From Desulfuromonadaceae bacterium (GTDB taxonomy: Bacteria > Desulfobacterota > Desulfuromonadia > Geobacterales > Pseudopelobacteraceae): a stretch of DNA of 64,000 nucleotides. Position numbers and translations under genes: made by a program. How positions within the stretch are numbered: position 1 is the first letter of the stretch; each line of letters begins with the position of its first letter. Below, in pieces: positions 29,756 through 38,626 of the stretch. The stretch spans positions 12,927 through 76,926 of the forward strand of contig JAQTRC010000003.1 of the NCBI GenBank assembly GCA_028712665.1, written 5' to 3'. The notes beneath the pieces were generated by a model. The model saw only the letters and a program-made list of their open reading frames with translations. It was not told where the DNA came from and made no database searches.

Positions 29756-30520
29756 ATGGCTGCAAAATTCTTCATAAACATAGCCCTTATGCTGTCGGTT
29801 GCAATATTTCTGCACGGTCTCGTCGCGACCGCAGCCGCCTTCCCGGTCCCGGAGCGCCTGGAGTTCGATATCTCCTACGCCGGCATTCCGGCCGGTCATG
29901 CCGTCCAGGAGGTAGAACAGGTCGGGAACGAACTGCATATAATCTCAACTGCAAAATCAGCCGAATGGCTCAGCATATTCTTTCCGGTCGATGACAGAAT
30001 CGAGTCCATCCTCGTTTCCGGCGCCCCCCCTTTGCATATCGGTGTTCCACGCTTGTACCGCGAACGCATTCGAGAAGGGGGGACACGTTTCAATAAGGAA
30101 GCGCTCTTTGACCGTCAGAAGCTTGAAGTCAATACACGGGATTTCATCAAGAAAAACGAAACGACATCGGCGATAACCCAAAAAACTTATGACACGCTCT
30201 CCAGCTTTTTTTACTTCCGCTCCATGCCGCTCCATGTTGGAACATCCTATTTTATAGAGATCTTCGATTGCAAAAAACTGTGGAACACCGAGGTGCAGGT
30301 GTTACGGCGCGAAGAGATAGAAACGGCACTCGGCAGGTTCAAGACCGTGGTTATCAAGCCACTCTTAAAATCGGAAGGGATCTTCGCCCGAACCGGCGAA
30401 ATGTACATCTGGCTGACCGACGACGAGCGACGAATTCCGATACTGATGAAATCCAAGGTCAAAATCGGAAGTATCACCGCCACCCTTGTTGGCGGCAGTT
30501 ACTGGAATGTCCGGAAATAA
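29756..30520 (+). CDS. DUF3108-like exported protein
   Basis: 254 aa with a signal peptide and the ERLEFDISYAGIPAG motif typical of DUF3108. Confidence 0.6.
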   Translation: MAAKFFINIALMLSVAIFLHGLVATAAAFPVPERLEFDISYAGIPAGHAVQEVEQVGNELHIISTAKSAEWLSIFFPVDDRIESILVSGAPPLHIGVPRLYRERIREGGTRFNKEALFDRQKLEVNTRDFIKKNETTSAITQKTYDTLSSFFYFRSMPLHVGTSYFIEIFDCKKLWNTEVQVLRREEIETALGRFKTVVIKPLLKSEGIFARTGEMYIWLTDDERRIPILMKSKVKIGSITATLVGGSYWNVRK

Positions 30521-30636
30521 TTTTTACTTCTTCAACGCCCCGCCATTGACCACTTTTCCACTTTGATGATGCTTCAAAACATGCTATACAGATGTCGCTT
30601 GCAAACTTCGCTTGATACATAATCTGTCAGGAGCTC

Positions 30637-31386
30637 ATGATGATCATCTTCAACGGCGTGCATAAATGGTTTAAGAGCCTGCACGTCCTCAACGACATCA
30701 ACCTTCATGTGACCCAGGGGGAGGTTCTGGTGGTCTGTGGCCCGTCCGGATCCGGGAAATCAACCCTGATTAGAACCATAAACCAACTGGAACCGATCAA
30801 TGAGGGTTCTTTGATTGTTGACGGCAATAACCTCTCCGATAAAAAGACCGACATTAACAAACTGCGGGCAGAGATAGGCTTCGTTTTCCAGCAGTTTAAC
30901 CTCTATCCGCATCTCTCGGTTATCAATAACATTACACTGGCGCCGATCAAGATTCGCAAAATCCCCAAGGCAGAGGCTGAAAAACAGGCTATGGCACTTC
31001 TGGAACGGGTCGGTCTGGCCGAAAAACGAGACGCATACCCGCTACAGCTCTCAGGTGGACAGCAGCAGCGGGTTGCAATTGCCCGCGGCCTGGCGATGAA
31101 ACCCCGCATCATGCTTTTCGACGAGCCGACTTCGGCTCTCGACCCGGAGATGATTGGCGAGGTTCTGGCGGTAATGAAAGACCTTGCCCTTTCCGGCATG
31201 ACGATGGTGGTCGTAACCCACGAAATGGGCTTTGCCCGTGAAGTATCCCACCGGGTAGTTTTCATGGATTATGGAGTCATACTGGAAGAGGCGACTCCCG
31301 AAGATTTTTTCATGAGACCCAAACACGAACGAGCACAGCAGTTTCTGCGCCAACTCTTGACGCCGATGCAGGCTGGGTGTCCCTGA
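30637..31386 (+). CDS. polar amino-acid ABC transporter ATP-binding protein
   Basis: Walker [10 protein letters not shown], signature LSGGQQQR and Walker [13 protein letters not shown]. GlnQ/HisP-like. Confidence 0.93.
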   Translation: MMIIFNGVHKWFKSLHVLNDINLHVTQGEVLVVCGPSGSGKSTLIRTINQLEPINEGSLIVDGNNLSDKKTDINKLRAEIGFVFQQFNLYPHLSVINNITLAPIKIRKIPKAEAEKQAMALLERVGLAEKRDAYPLQLSGGQQQRVAIARGLAMKPRIMLFDEPTSALDPEMIGEVLAVMKDLALSGMTMVVVTHEMGFAREVSHRVVFMDYGVILEEATPEDFFMRPKHERAQQFLRQLLTPMQAGCP

Positions 31387-31432
31387 TTCCGGTTTTCCGG
31401 AAATCTCAACCATCACTAAAGGAGGAAGCAAA

Positions 31433-32239
31433 ATGAAAAAACTGGCAATGTTGTTTATGATCATGGTTCTTGCGGCATTCACGTCCAAAGCCGCTCTGGC
31501 CGGTGACACTCTGGCGGACGCAAAGAAGAAAGGGGTTCTTGTAGTCGGCTGCAAGGATTCACTCCCCCCCTTCGGCTACATCGATGAGAAAACCCGCAAG
31601 ATCGTTGGCTACGATATCGATTTTGTAAACGCAATTGCCAAAAAAATGGGGGTCAAAGTCGAACTGAAGCCGGTTACCTCCGCCAGTCGCATGCCCCAGC
31701 TGCAGGAGGGTCACATCGACATCATTGCCGCTACCATGACAAAGAATGCCGAGCGCGCCAAGGTCATCGACTTCAGCCATACCTACTTCTTCACCGGGCA
31801 GAAATTCATCACCAAAAAGGGAAGTGTCAAGAGTCTGAAGGATCTCGAAGGAAAACGAATCGGCACCGCCAAAGGCTCCACCTCCGAACAGAACGCCAAA
31901 AAGGCTATCCCTACTGCAACAATTCTCTCATTTGACGACTATCCCCAGGCTTTGCTGGCATTGGAGCAGGGCAAGGTTCAAGCTGTGACAACAGATGAAT
32001 CGATACTGATCGGTATTTTGGACAAGGCGCCGGATAAGAGCAAATATGAGATTCCAAACATCCAGATTTCCGATGAGCCTTACGGACTCGGCATGCGCAA
32101 GGGTGACAAGAACCTCGTCGACTTTGTCAACAAGACGATCCTGGATATGGAGAAGAGCGGCGAAGCTGCCAAGATTTTCAACAAGTGGTTCAGCCAATAC
32201 AATCTGCATCGTTCCTTCAAGATCACGGCAGACAAATAG
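31433..32239 (+). CDS. amino-acid ABC transporter substrate-binding protein (family 3)
   Basis: 268 aa with a signal peptide and the SBP_bac_3 pattern (PPFGYIDE...GYDIDF). Confidence 0.88.
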   Translation: MKKLAMLFMIMVLAAFTSKAALAGDTLADAKKKGVLVVGCKDSLPPFGYIDEKTRKIVGYDIDFVNAIAKKMGVKVELKPVTSASRMPQLQEGHIDIIAATMTKNAERAKVIDFSHTYFFTGQKFITKKGSVKSLKDLEGKRIGTAKGSTSEQNAKKAIPTATILSFDDYPQALLALEQGKVQAVTTDESILIGILDKAPDKSKYEIPNIQISDEPYGLGMRKGDKNLVDFVNKTILDMEKSGEAAKIFNKWFSQYNLHRSFKITADK

Positions 32240-32311
32240 AAAACAGCTGAAGAAGCAGGTAGAGATAGAGAATAAGTTTTTCACTCTATCTCTACCTCCG
32301 AAGGGCGTCCT

Positions 32312-33019
32312 GTGCTCAACTACAAATTCGACTGGTCGATTATAACCTCCGGCAAGTATTTTGACTGGCTTCTATCCGGACTGGTGACGACTCTCAAGCT
32401 GTCGGCCATCTCGATCGTACTGGCCTTCATCCTGGGGCTCATAATTGCCGTCATGCGTATGGCGCATAACAAACCGCTCCGCTGGTTCGCTCACGCCTAT
32501 CTGGAGTTTTTTCGTAATACCCCGCTACTGGTGCAGATTTTCTTCTGGTATTTCGGATCCTATAAAATTCTTCCGACCGTTGTTAATGACTGGCTTAACG
32601 AAACCGGATTTGAATTCGCCGCTGCCGCCATCGCACTGACCATTTACACATCGGCCTTTATCGCCGAGGACATCCGCTCCGGTGTTCTATCAATACCGAA
32701 GGAACAGATGGAAGCCTCACGCAGCGCCGGTTTCTCTTATTTGCGGTCAATGCAGTACATCGTACTGCCGCAGGCGGTCCGCATTACGATTCCGCCACTG
32801 GTCAACCAGTTCCTCAATCTGGCCAAGAACTCTTCTCTTGCGATGACTATCGGCGTCATGGAGATGACCTATCAGGCCCGCCAGGTTGAAAGTTACACTT
32901 TCAAGGGTTTCGAGGCTTTTACCGCAGCAACGGTTGTCTATCTGGTTCTGTCGATCGTCATCACCTCTCTGGTCAATCTCTACAACGAAAAAGTTTTGAA
33001 CGTACACAAGGCGGCCTGA
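32312..33019 (+). CDS. amino-acid ABC transporter permease
   Basis: 235 aa of HisM/GlnP type with an EAA loop (EASRSAGFSYLRSMQYIVLPQA). GTG start. Confidence 0.88.
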   Translation: MLNYKFDWSIITSGKYFDWLLSGLVTTLKLSAISIVLAFILGLIIAVMRMAHNKPLRWFAHAYLEFFRNTPLLVQIFFWYFGSYKILPTVVNDWLNETGFEFAAAAIALTIYTSAFIAEDIRSGVLSIPKEQMEASRSAGFSYLRSMQYIVLPQAVRITIPPLVNQFLNLAKNSSLAMTIGVMEMTYQARQVESYTFKGFEAFTAATVVYLVLSIVITSLVNLYNEKVLNVHKAA

Positions 33020-33020
33020 T

Positions 33021-33719
33021 ATGGAACCGTTCTTAAATTTTTCGGTCATCACCGACAATTTCACCTACTTCATGATCGGTCGCTTTCCACACGGGCCACT
33101 CGGAGGGGTTGGATTAACGCTTTACCTCGCTTTTGTTTCCTGCATCCTCTCATTCTTCGGTGGTTTGATTCTGGGACTCTTAAGCATCACCCGCTTCCCT
33201 CTTGTTCGATATCCGGCCCTGGCATTCATAAACCTTGTCCGCGGCATGCCGCTTCTGATGGTCATCTTCTGGATGTATTTTTTGCTTCCGGCCCTATTCG
33301 GCAAGGTCGCTGAAAATAATACGGTCATTATGGCTTTGACCCTCTTCACTTCGGCCTACATGTCACGCATAGTGATAGCGGGCATAGAAGGGATTCCCAA
33401 AGGACAGACGGAAGCAGCCCTCTCAACCGGTCTCAAATCATGGCAGGTCATGTTATACGTGGTTCTTCCGCAGGGCCTCCGCAACATGATCCCCTCTTTT
33501 GTCAACCAGTTCGTCTCGCTGATAAAGGATACCTCACTGGCCTTCATCGTCGGCGTTTCCGAACTGACTCACGTCGCGACCCAGATCAACAACCGGACCA
33601 TGGCTTTCCCGACCGAGATATTCATCTTCATCGCCATCGTTTACTTCATCCTCTGCTTCGCCTTCACTACTCTTTCCCGCTGGCTGGAACAGCGCCTCTC
33701 CTGGTCCAAAGCCATTTAG
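33021..33719 (+). CDS. amino-acid ABC transporter permease
   Basis: 232 aa. Second permease paralog with an EAA loop (EAALSTGLKSWQVMLYVVLPQG). Confidence 0.88.
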   Translation: MEPFLNFSVITDNFTYFMIGRFPHGPLGGVGLTLYLAFVSCILSFFGGLILGLLSITRFPLVRYPALAFINLVRGMPLLMVIFWMYFLLPALFGKVAENNTVIMALTLFTSAYMSRIVIAGIEGIPKGQTEAALSTGLKSWQVMLYVVLPQGLRNMIPSFVNQFVSLIKDTSLAFIVGVSELTHVATQINNRTMAFPTEIFIFIAIVYFILCFAFTTLSRWLEQRLSWSKAI

Positions 33720-33734
33720 GAAACAAAACCTACC

Positions 33735-34490
33735 GTGGCCTCTGAAATCCTCCTGCCTCTCCTCTTCGGAGCAGCCTTTATCGCCGGCCTGATCGATTCA
33801 ATCGCAGGCGGCGGCGGACTGATTACCGTCCCGGTCTTGATGGGTATCGGACTGCCGCCTCAAGTGGCTCTCGGCACCAACAAGCTCCAGGCATCTTTCG
33901 GCTCCGGCAGCGCCATGCTGCATTTTGTGCGTGCGGGCACAGTCCGGCTGAATGACTGCTGGTACGGCATTCTCTGGACGGCGATCGGGGCGGCTCTCGG
34001 CGTCTGGGCGGTACAACTCCTGGATGCTACACTGCTCAAACATCTGATTCCCTGGCTGTTGGCGGCCATAGCGCTCTATACCCTGCTTTCACCCCGTTTG
34101 GGTGCGGAAGATTCCCATTCCAGAATGAAGTCCGGCCTGTTTTACCTGCCGTTCGGACTTGCCATCGGTTTTTATGACGGTTTCTTCGGCCCGGGAACCG
34201 GTTCTTTCTGGACAATGGCGCTTATGATGCTGCTGGGCTACTCCATGATGCGAGCAACCGCAACCACCAAGGTAATGAACTTTACCAGCAACTTTGTGGC
34301 GCTGATCTTCTTTCTTTCGGTCGGGCAGGTACGATTCGTTGAGGGGATTGTAATGGGGGCAGGGCAGTTTATTGGGGCGCGGATCGGATCAAAACTGGTC
34401 ATCAAACGTGGCACAGCATTTATAAGGCCGGTGTTCATCACGATGGTACTGGCATTGGTCGTGCGGTTGATCTATCTAAACTTCAAATAA
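33735..34490 (+). CDS. TauE/SafE (TSUP) family anion exporter
   Basis: 251 aa, multi-TM, with a GGGGLITVP motif near the N-terminus. Confidence 0.8.
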   Translation: MASEILLPLLFGAAFIAGLIDSIAGGGGLITVPVLMGIGLPPQVALGTNKLQASFGSGSAMLHFVRAGTVRLNDCWYGILWTAIGAALGVWAVQLLDATLLKHLIPWLLAAIALYTLLSPRLGAEDSHSRMKSGLFYLPFGLAIGFYDGFFGPGTGSFWTMALMMLLGYSMMRATATTKVMNFTSNFVALIFFLSVGQVRFVEGIVMGAGQFIGARIGSKLVIKRGTAFIRPVFITMVLALVVRLIYLNFK

Positions 34491-34517
34491 AGCATATTCC
34501 AATTTCAAATCAGGGAT

Positions 34518-34832
34518 CTACTCGCCGGAAAAATATTCCCCCAGCACACCTCTGGAATGCTCGTCGTCATGGCAGTGAATACAAAGATTCTCCCAGTTCG
34601 ATCCGTCTGGCGGATTGTTCTGATGATTCCCATCCCTGTGATGTACCGTCAGCAGGTTCAGGCTGGCTGAGTCGAACTCCCGGCCGCACTTTGCACAGAC
34701 CGGGCCGTGAATTTTCAGGGATTTAGTCCGGTAGTTCGAGTTGCTGTCAACCTCGCCACGCATCCGTTTGAGAATTGCCGCTGCCTCATCGGCGCTGGGA
34801 AGGGTGACTGTTCTGGGGCCTCGTGATCTCAT
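34518..34832 (-). CDS. yajD: HNH-motif protein YajD
   Basis: CAKCGREF...LTVHHRDGNHQNNPPDGSNWENLCIHCHDDEH closely parallels E. coli YajD. Confidence 0.8.
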   Translation of the reverse strand: MRSRGPRTVTLPSADEAAAILKRMRGEVDSNSNYRTKSLKIHGPVCAKCGREFDSASLNLLTVHHRDGNHQNNPPDGSNWENLCIHCHDDEHSRGVLGEYFSGE

Positions 34833-34908
34833 CTGCTGTTCCCTTTTAATCTGTTGTTTTCTCCCTGTTGTCGCGGGGATTGCCTACTTAACCCACCGGT
34901 TCGGATCG

Positions 34909-36876
34909 TTAAGCCGCATATGAAGGATCCTGCCTCTCTTCAGTAACCGTATGGGAAGCCAGTTCTATCCTGAATTCGGCGCCCCCGTCAATATTCCTCG
35001 CTGTCAGCAGTCCCCCCATATTCTGTTCGATGATCACCTTGGACATGTACAATCCGATGCCGGTTCCCTTCCCGACCTCCTTGGTACTGAAGTATGGGTC
35101 AAATATTTTGGGAAGTATTTCTTCTTCAATCCCGCCACCATTGTCCCAGATCGTCAGAACGGCGCGACCCTCCTCACAGAAAGCCCTGACCCGGATGCAG
35201 GGAGCAGCTACCATCCGCTCCGTGAGGACATCTTTTGCATTGTTCAGAATGTTCAGTATCACTTGGGAGTATTCGTTAGGATAACCGAACGCGTTTATGG
35301 CGCCGCGCACTTCAATATCCGAGGATATCTTGAGGTGCCCGAAGTTGCCCGATACCAGGGCCAATGTTCTTTGCAGCAGATCAATAATCGAGATGCTTGT
35401 CTTTTGTTTGTCGTTGCGGAAAAAATAGCGGAAATCGTCAATTGTACGGGACATGAACAGGATAGTATCCATCGCCTTCTCATTTTCGACCGTCATCTCC
35501 TCCAAGGTGAGTTGCCCGGATTCATAACTTAACTTGATATTCTGAACTATCAAACCTATGTTATTCAAAGGCTGCCGCCATTGGTGGGCAATGCTGTTAA
35601 TCATCTCCCCCATAGCCGCATGGCGGCTCTGCTGGATCAGCATCTGATCCTTCTGCCTGATCTCGCGAAGTGAATTGGCAATACGTTCCTCCAGCGAATT
35701 GTTCAAGGCCTCAAGCTGCTGTTGCTTGGCCACCAGCGCCTCCTGCGCCATCTGCCGTTCCGCCATCTCCTCCTCAAGCATGACAGTCTGTTTATGCAAG
35801 TCTTCCTGCTGCTGGTCCAGAGTATTCAGCATATTATTGAACGTAGTTGCCAGGACCCCGATCTCGTCCTTGGTCTGTATCTTTATCAGCCGTTCATTCT
35901 CATATTTATTCGGCAGCTGCTCCATATGGAGTTTCACCGCTGCAAGGGGTCTCATAAGATGCTTCATGATGAACCAGGTGAGAAACAGCAGGGTGAACGT
36001 GCAAGCAACAGTTGCTATACCGAAATAGCGATTTGTCCTCTCAAGAGGTGCGTACACTTCCGATGTTGGGAAATTTGCAACCAGAATCCAGGAAGTCATG
36101 CTCAGACGCTTGGCGGAGGCGAGCATCGGAATACCGTACGAGGTTATTGTTTCGCCGCTTCCTTCGAAACCATTGAAGGCCTTGTCAAAAAACTTGTTAA
36201 CCCCCGGCGGAGCGGCAGGCTTCATGATTCTCGCCCTCTCGGGATGCACTATCATGGTACGATTGCTGTCGGTGATGTAGAGGTATCCCCCCTTGCCTAC
36301 TCTGGTAGTGGAGAGCTCCGCCAGAAAATTTCCACCCAACAGGTCGAGGCTACCGGTCATCATGCCGGTCAAATTCCCGCGCTTGTCAAAAATCGGCACA
36401 GTCATCACGATGGCGGGCTGGCCGGGAGTGTGGGTGGAAAAGTAGGGGTCGGATATGACCGGCTTTTGGCCGTTAACGGTTTTTTGGACCCACTCCCGGA
36501 ACCAGAGCTCTTTTCCCCGCCGATTTGGGCGATAGGGGCTTTCGACAATCAATCTCCCCTCTCTATTTATGAAGAAGATGCCGTTATCGAAGATCGAAAG
36601 CAGCCCGACATTTCCGTCGAGAAATCTCTGACCTTTGTCCGGATTAACGAATACATCGCCGGGAGCAACAGCGGCGACCGCGATCAGGGCGTTCTGAGCG
36701 ATCTTGAGTTTATCGTCGATATTGTGTGCCTGGCTCAAGACGAGGGAACGTTGCTGTGTCGCAATCGATTCCTTAAAAGAGCGTTCAAAGGAGGAGAGGG
36801 TAAAATAGGAAGCTGTAGTAACAAACAGGACGAACAGAAGGGAAACCGCAAGCGCAATTTTGGTCTTAAGACTCAT
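34909..36876 (-). CDS. sensor histidine kinase with periplasmic Cache-like domain
   Basis: 655 aa. TM helix, a ~260-aa periplasmic domain, second TM helix, HAMP, coiled coil, H-box (INSIAHQWRQPL) and HATPase_c. Confidence 0.88.
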   Translation of the reverse strand: MSLKTKIALAVSLLFVLFVTTASYFTLSSFERSFKESIATQQRSLVLSQAHNIDDKLKIAQNALIAVAAVAPGDVFVNPDKGQRFLDGNVGLLSIFDNGIFFINREGRLIVESPYRPNRRGKELWFREWVQKTVNGQKPVISDPYFSTHTPGQPAIVMTVPIFDKRGNLTGMMTGSLDLLGGNFLAELSTTRVGKGGYLYITDSNRTMIVHPERARIMKPAAPPGVNKFFDKAFNGFEGSGETITSYGIPMLASAKRLSMTSWILVANFPTSEVYAPLERTNRYFGIATVACTFTLLFLTWFIMKHLMRPLAAVKLHMEQLPNKYENERLIKIQTKDEIGVLATTFNNMLNTLDQQQEDLHKQTVMLEEEMAERQMAQEALVAKQQQLEALNNSLEERIANSLREIRQKDQMLIQQSRHAAMGEMINSIAHQWRQPLNNIGLIVQNIKLSYESGQLTLEEMTVENEKAMDTILFMSRTIDDFRYFFRNDKQKTSISIIDLLQRTLALVSGNFGHLKISSDIEVRGAINAFGYPNEYSQVILNILNNAKDVLTERMVAAPCIRVRAFCEEGRAVLTIWDNGGGIEEEILPKIFDPYFSTKEVGKGTGIGLYMSKVIIEQNMGGLLTARNIDGGAEFRIELASHTVTEERQDPSYAA

Positions 36877-36964
36877 ATCCGGTCCCCAAAATTTTCTAAC
36901 CGCAGTTGTATACCGTACAGTACAACCTGAAAAGAATCAAGAGAACATAAATACCTCTTTTTTG

Positions 36965-37567
36965 CTACCCGTTCAACAATTTAACCGTCGCCCGTCCATC
37001 GGCATAATAGTCGATGATATTCAGGCAACCATAGTTCTGCTCGATGTTGAACATCGCGGTCAGAGGCGCTCCTATCGCATTCAGCAGCACAATGCGGTTG
37101 ACCCCGCCATGCCCGACAACCAGAACTTCCTGCCCCTTGTGGCGATCTACAATCTCTTTAATGACCGGTATTACCCGCGCTTCTACGTCAAGCATACGTT
37201 CACCTTCCGGCACCCGATAGTTGACCAGGTCAGCAAGTCGAGCCCGCCACTCCTCAGGCCACTTCGCCTTGATTTCCAGCCAGGTCAAACCCTCCCAGAC
37301 GCCGATATTCAGCTCGCGCAGTTCACGCCTGGCAACCGGCTCTATGCCGAACTTCCGGCAGATGATCTCTGCACCGGTTGTACAACGCGACAGGTCGCTA
37401 CTGTAGCAAGCCGAAATTCCGGCGTCCAGGAGGCGCTCCTTCAGCATATGGTACTGTTCGACGCCGACATCGGTGAGCGCCACGTCAGCCTGGCCGTTGT
37501 AGCGGGGCTGATCGTATCCGGCGACCTGGCCATGGCGAATGAGGTAAATACGGGTATGAGGCGTCAT
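36965..37567 (-). CDS. cobC: alpha-ribazole phosphatase (histidine phosphatase family)
   Basis: 200 aa with the RHG motif (IYLIRHGQV). Context is directly downstream of cobS. Confidence 0.8.
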   Translation of the reverse strand: MTPHTRIYLIRHGQVAGYDQPRYNGQADVALTDVGVEQYHMLKERLLDAGISACYSSDLSRCTTGAEIICRKFGIEPVARRELRELNIGVWEGLTWLEIKAKWPEEWRARLADLVNYRVPEGERMLDVEARVIPVIKEIVDRHKGQEVLVVGHGGVNRIVLLNAIGAPLTAMFNIEQNYGCLNIIDYYADGRATVKLLNG

Positions 37568-37601
37568 TGTTTACTCCAATGCAAAGCGACACATCTTGGT
37601 A

Positions 37602-38336
37602 CTACAGCGTTGCCGAAATAACTATCAGAACAATAGCTTCGTTGAGCTCACTTATGCAGCCGACCGTATCGCCGGTTAATCCTCCCAGCTTGCGCTGAAA
37701 AAAGAGTCGGCCGGCGCCGGTGAAAAGGCAGAGTGCGGCCATGGCGAGCATCCCTTTGAAACCGAGCAGACAGGCGCTGGCAACTGCTGTTGTTAGCGCT
37801 GCAAGAATAAGTGTTACAGTCCCCGTTCCCCGGGCAAAAGTTGCGCCCAGGCCATCCTGCCGGGCATGGCGGGCTCCGGTCAGTACAAGCACCTGTCCAA
37901 AACGGGCCAGGGCCGGGAAGAGTAGCAGCGCCTGCCATTTGAGTTCGTTCGGCACCGCCAGCAGCGCCTGCCACTTCAAGAGCAGAACCAGCACCAGTCC
38001 GACCGCTCCGACCGCGCCCACCTGTGAATCCTTCATTACCGCCAGGAAGCGCTCCCTCCCGCCACGAGCCGCCAGTCCGTCGCAGACATCTGCCAGGCCG
38101 TCCAGATGCAACCCACCGGTCAGAGCCGCCAGAGCGGCGACCAGCAGTGCATCGCATAGCGGGCGGGTCAGCAAGGGAGAGATCAGCCAGTTCAACCCGG
38201 CCAGCAGGGCGCCAATCGTCAATCCGGCCAAAGGAAAGAGTGCGGTCGAACGTCCCAGATCCTCCTTTTCGCACCGGGTGTCGAAGGGGAGCGGGATGAT
38301 GGTCAAAAATTGAAAGGCGATCAAAAAATGGCGCAT
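37602..38336 (-). CDS. cobS: adenosylcobinamide-GDP ribazoletransferase (cobalamin synthase)
   Basis: 244 aa, polytopic. N-terminus FQFLTIIPLP and the GGLHLDGLADVCDG motif. Confidence 0.9.
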   Translation of the reverse strand: MRHFLIAFQFLTIIPLPFDTRCEKEDLGRSTALFPLAGLTIGALLAGLNWLISPLLTRPLCDALLVAALAALTGGLHLDGLADVCDGLAARGGRERFLAVMKDSQVGAVGAVGLVLVLLLKWQALLAVPNELKWQALLLFPALARFGQVLVLTGARHARQDGLGATFARGTGTVTLILAALTTAVASACLLGFKGMLAMAALCLFTGAGRLFFQRKLGGLTGDTVGCISELNEAIVLIVISATL

Positions 38337-38469
38337 GGCATATCAATTACCACAGGGGAGTGAACCGGAACAGTAAAAAGTGGCGAATAACCGTCAGATA
38401 GCGGCAAGAAACCTGGAGCATCGGCCTGTTGCCGGTGGGGAGGATCTTCATGATCATTGCATTATCCTG

Positions 38470-38612
38470 AAAACAGATTTTGCCACAGAGGCACAGAGTC
38501 ACGGAGTGAATCGATGGCAGAAAGTCTATAATGCTTTTTTGGCTTACCCCCAAAAGACTTTTGTTTTGTCTTCATGGTCTTTCTCTGTGCCTCCGTGTCT
38601 CTGCGGCAGACT
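38470..38612. repeat. MITE/REP-like element with inverted CTCTGTGCCTC/CTCCGTG motifs
   Basis: GCCACAGAGGCACAGAGTCACGGAG at 38482..38506 faces CTCTGTGCCTCCGTGTCTCTGCGGC at 38583..38607. It lies inside a 290-bp non-coding gap in the cob operon. Confidence 0.55.
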
Positions 38613-38626
38613 TCCGTTAATCAAGA

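Noticed and set aside
34491-34512. 15-nt identity (ATTCCAATTTCAAAT) immediately after the stops of the TauE gene (34494..) and larE (59588..).
   Set aside because: A single shared 15-mer is within chance expectation for all-against-all comparison of a 64-kb window on both strands. There is no extended similarity around it.
37648-38346. 232-aa alternative-frame ORF overlapping cobS on the same strand.
   Set aside because: The cobS frame carries the family motifs. The alternative frame is Arg/Gly/Pro-rich with no recognisable domains.
38347-38553. 68-aa ORF inside the bzaF-cobS spacer.
   Set aside because: Its sequence (…SVTLCLCGKICFQ…) is the translation of the CTCTGTGCCTC repeat motif. It has no ribosome-binding site.
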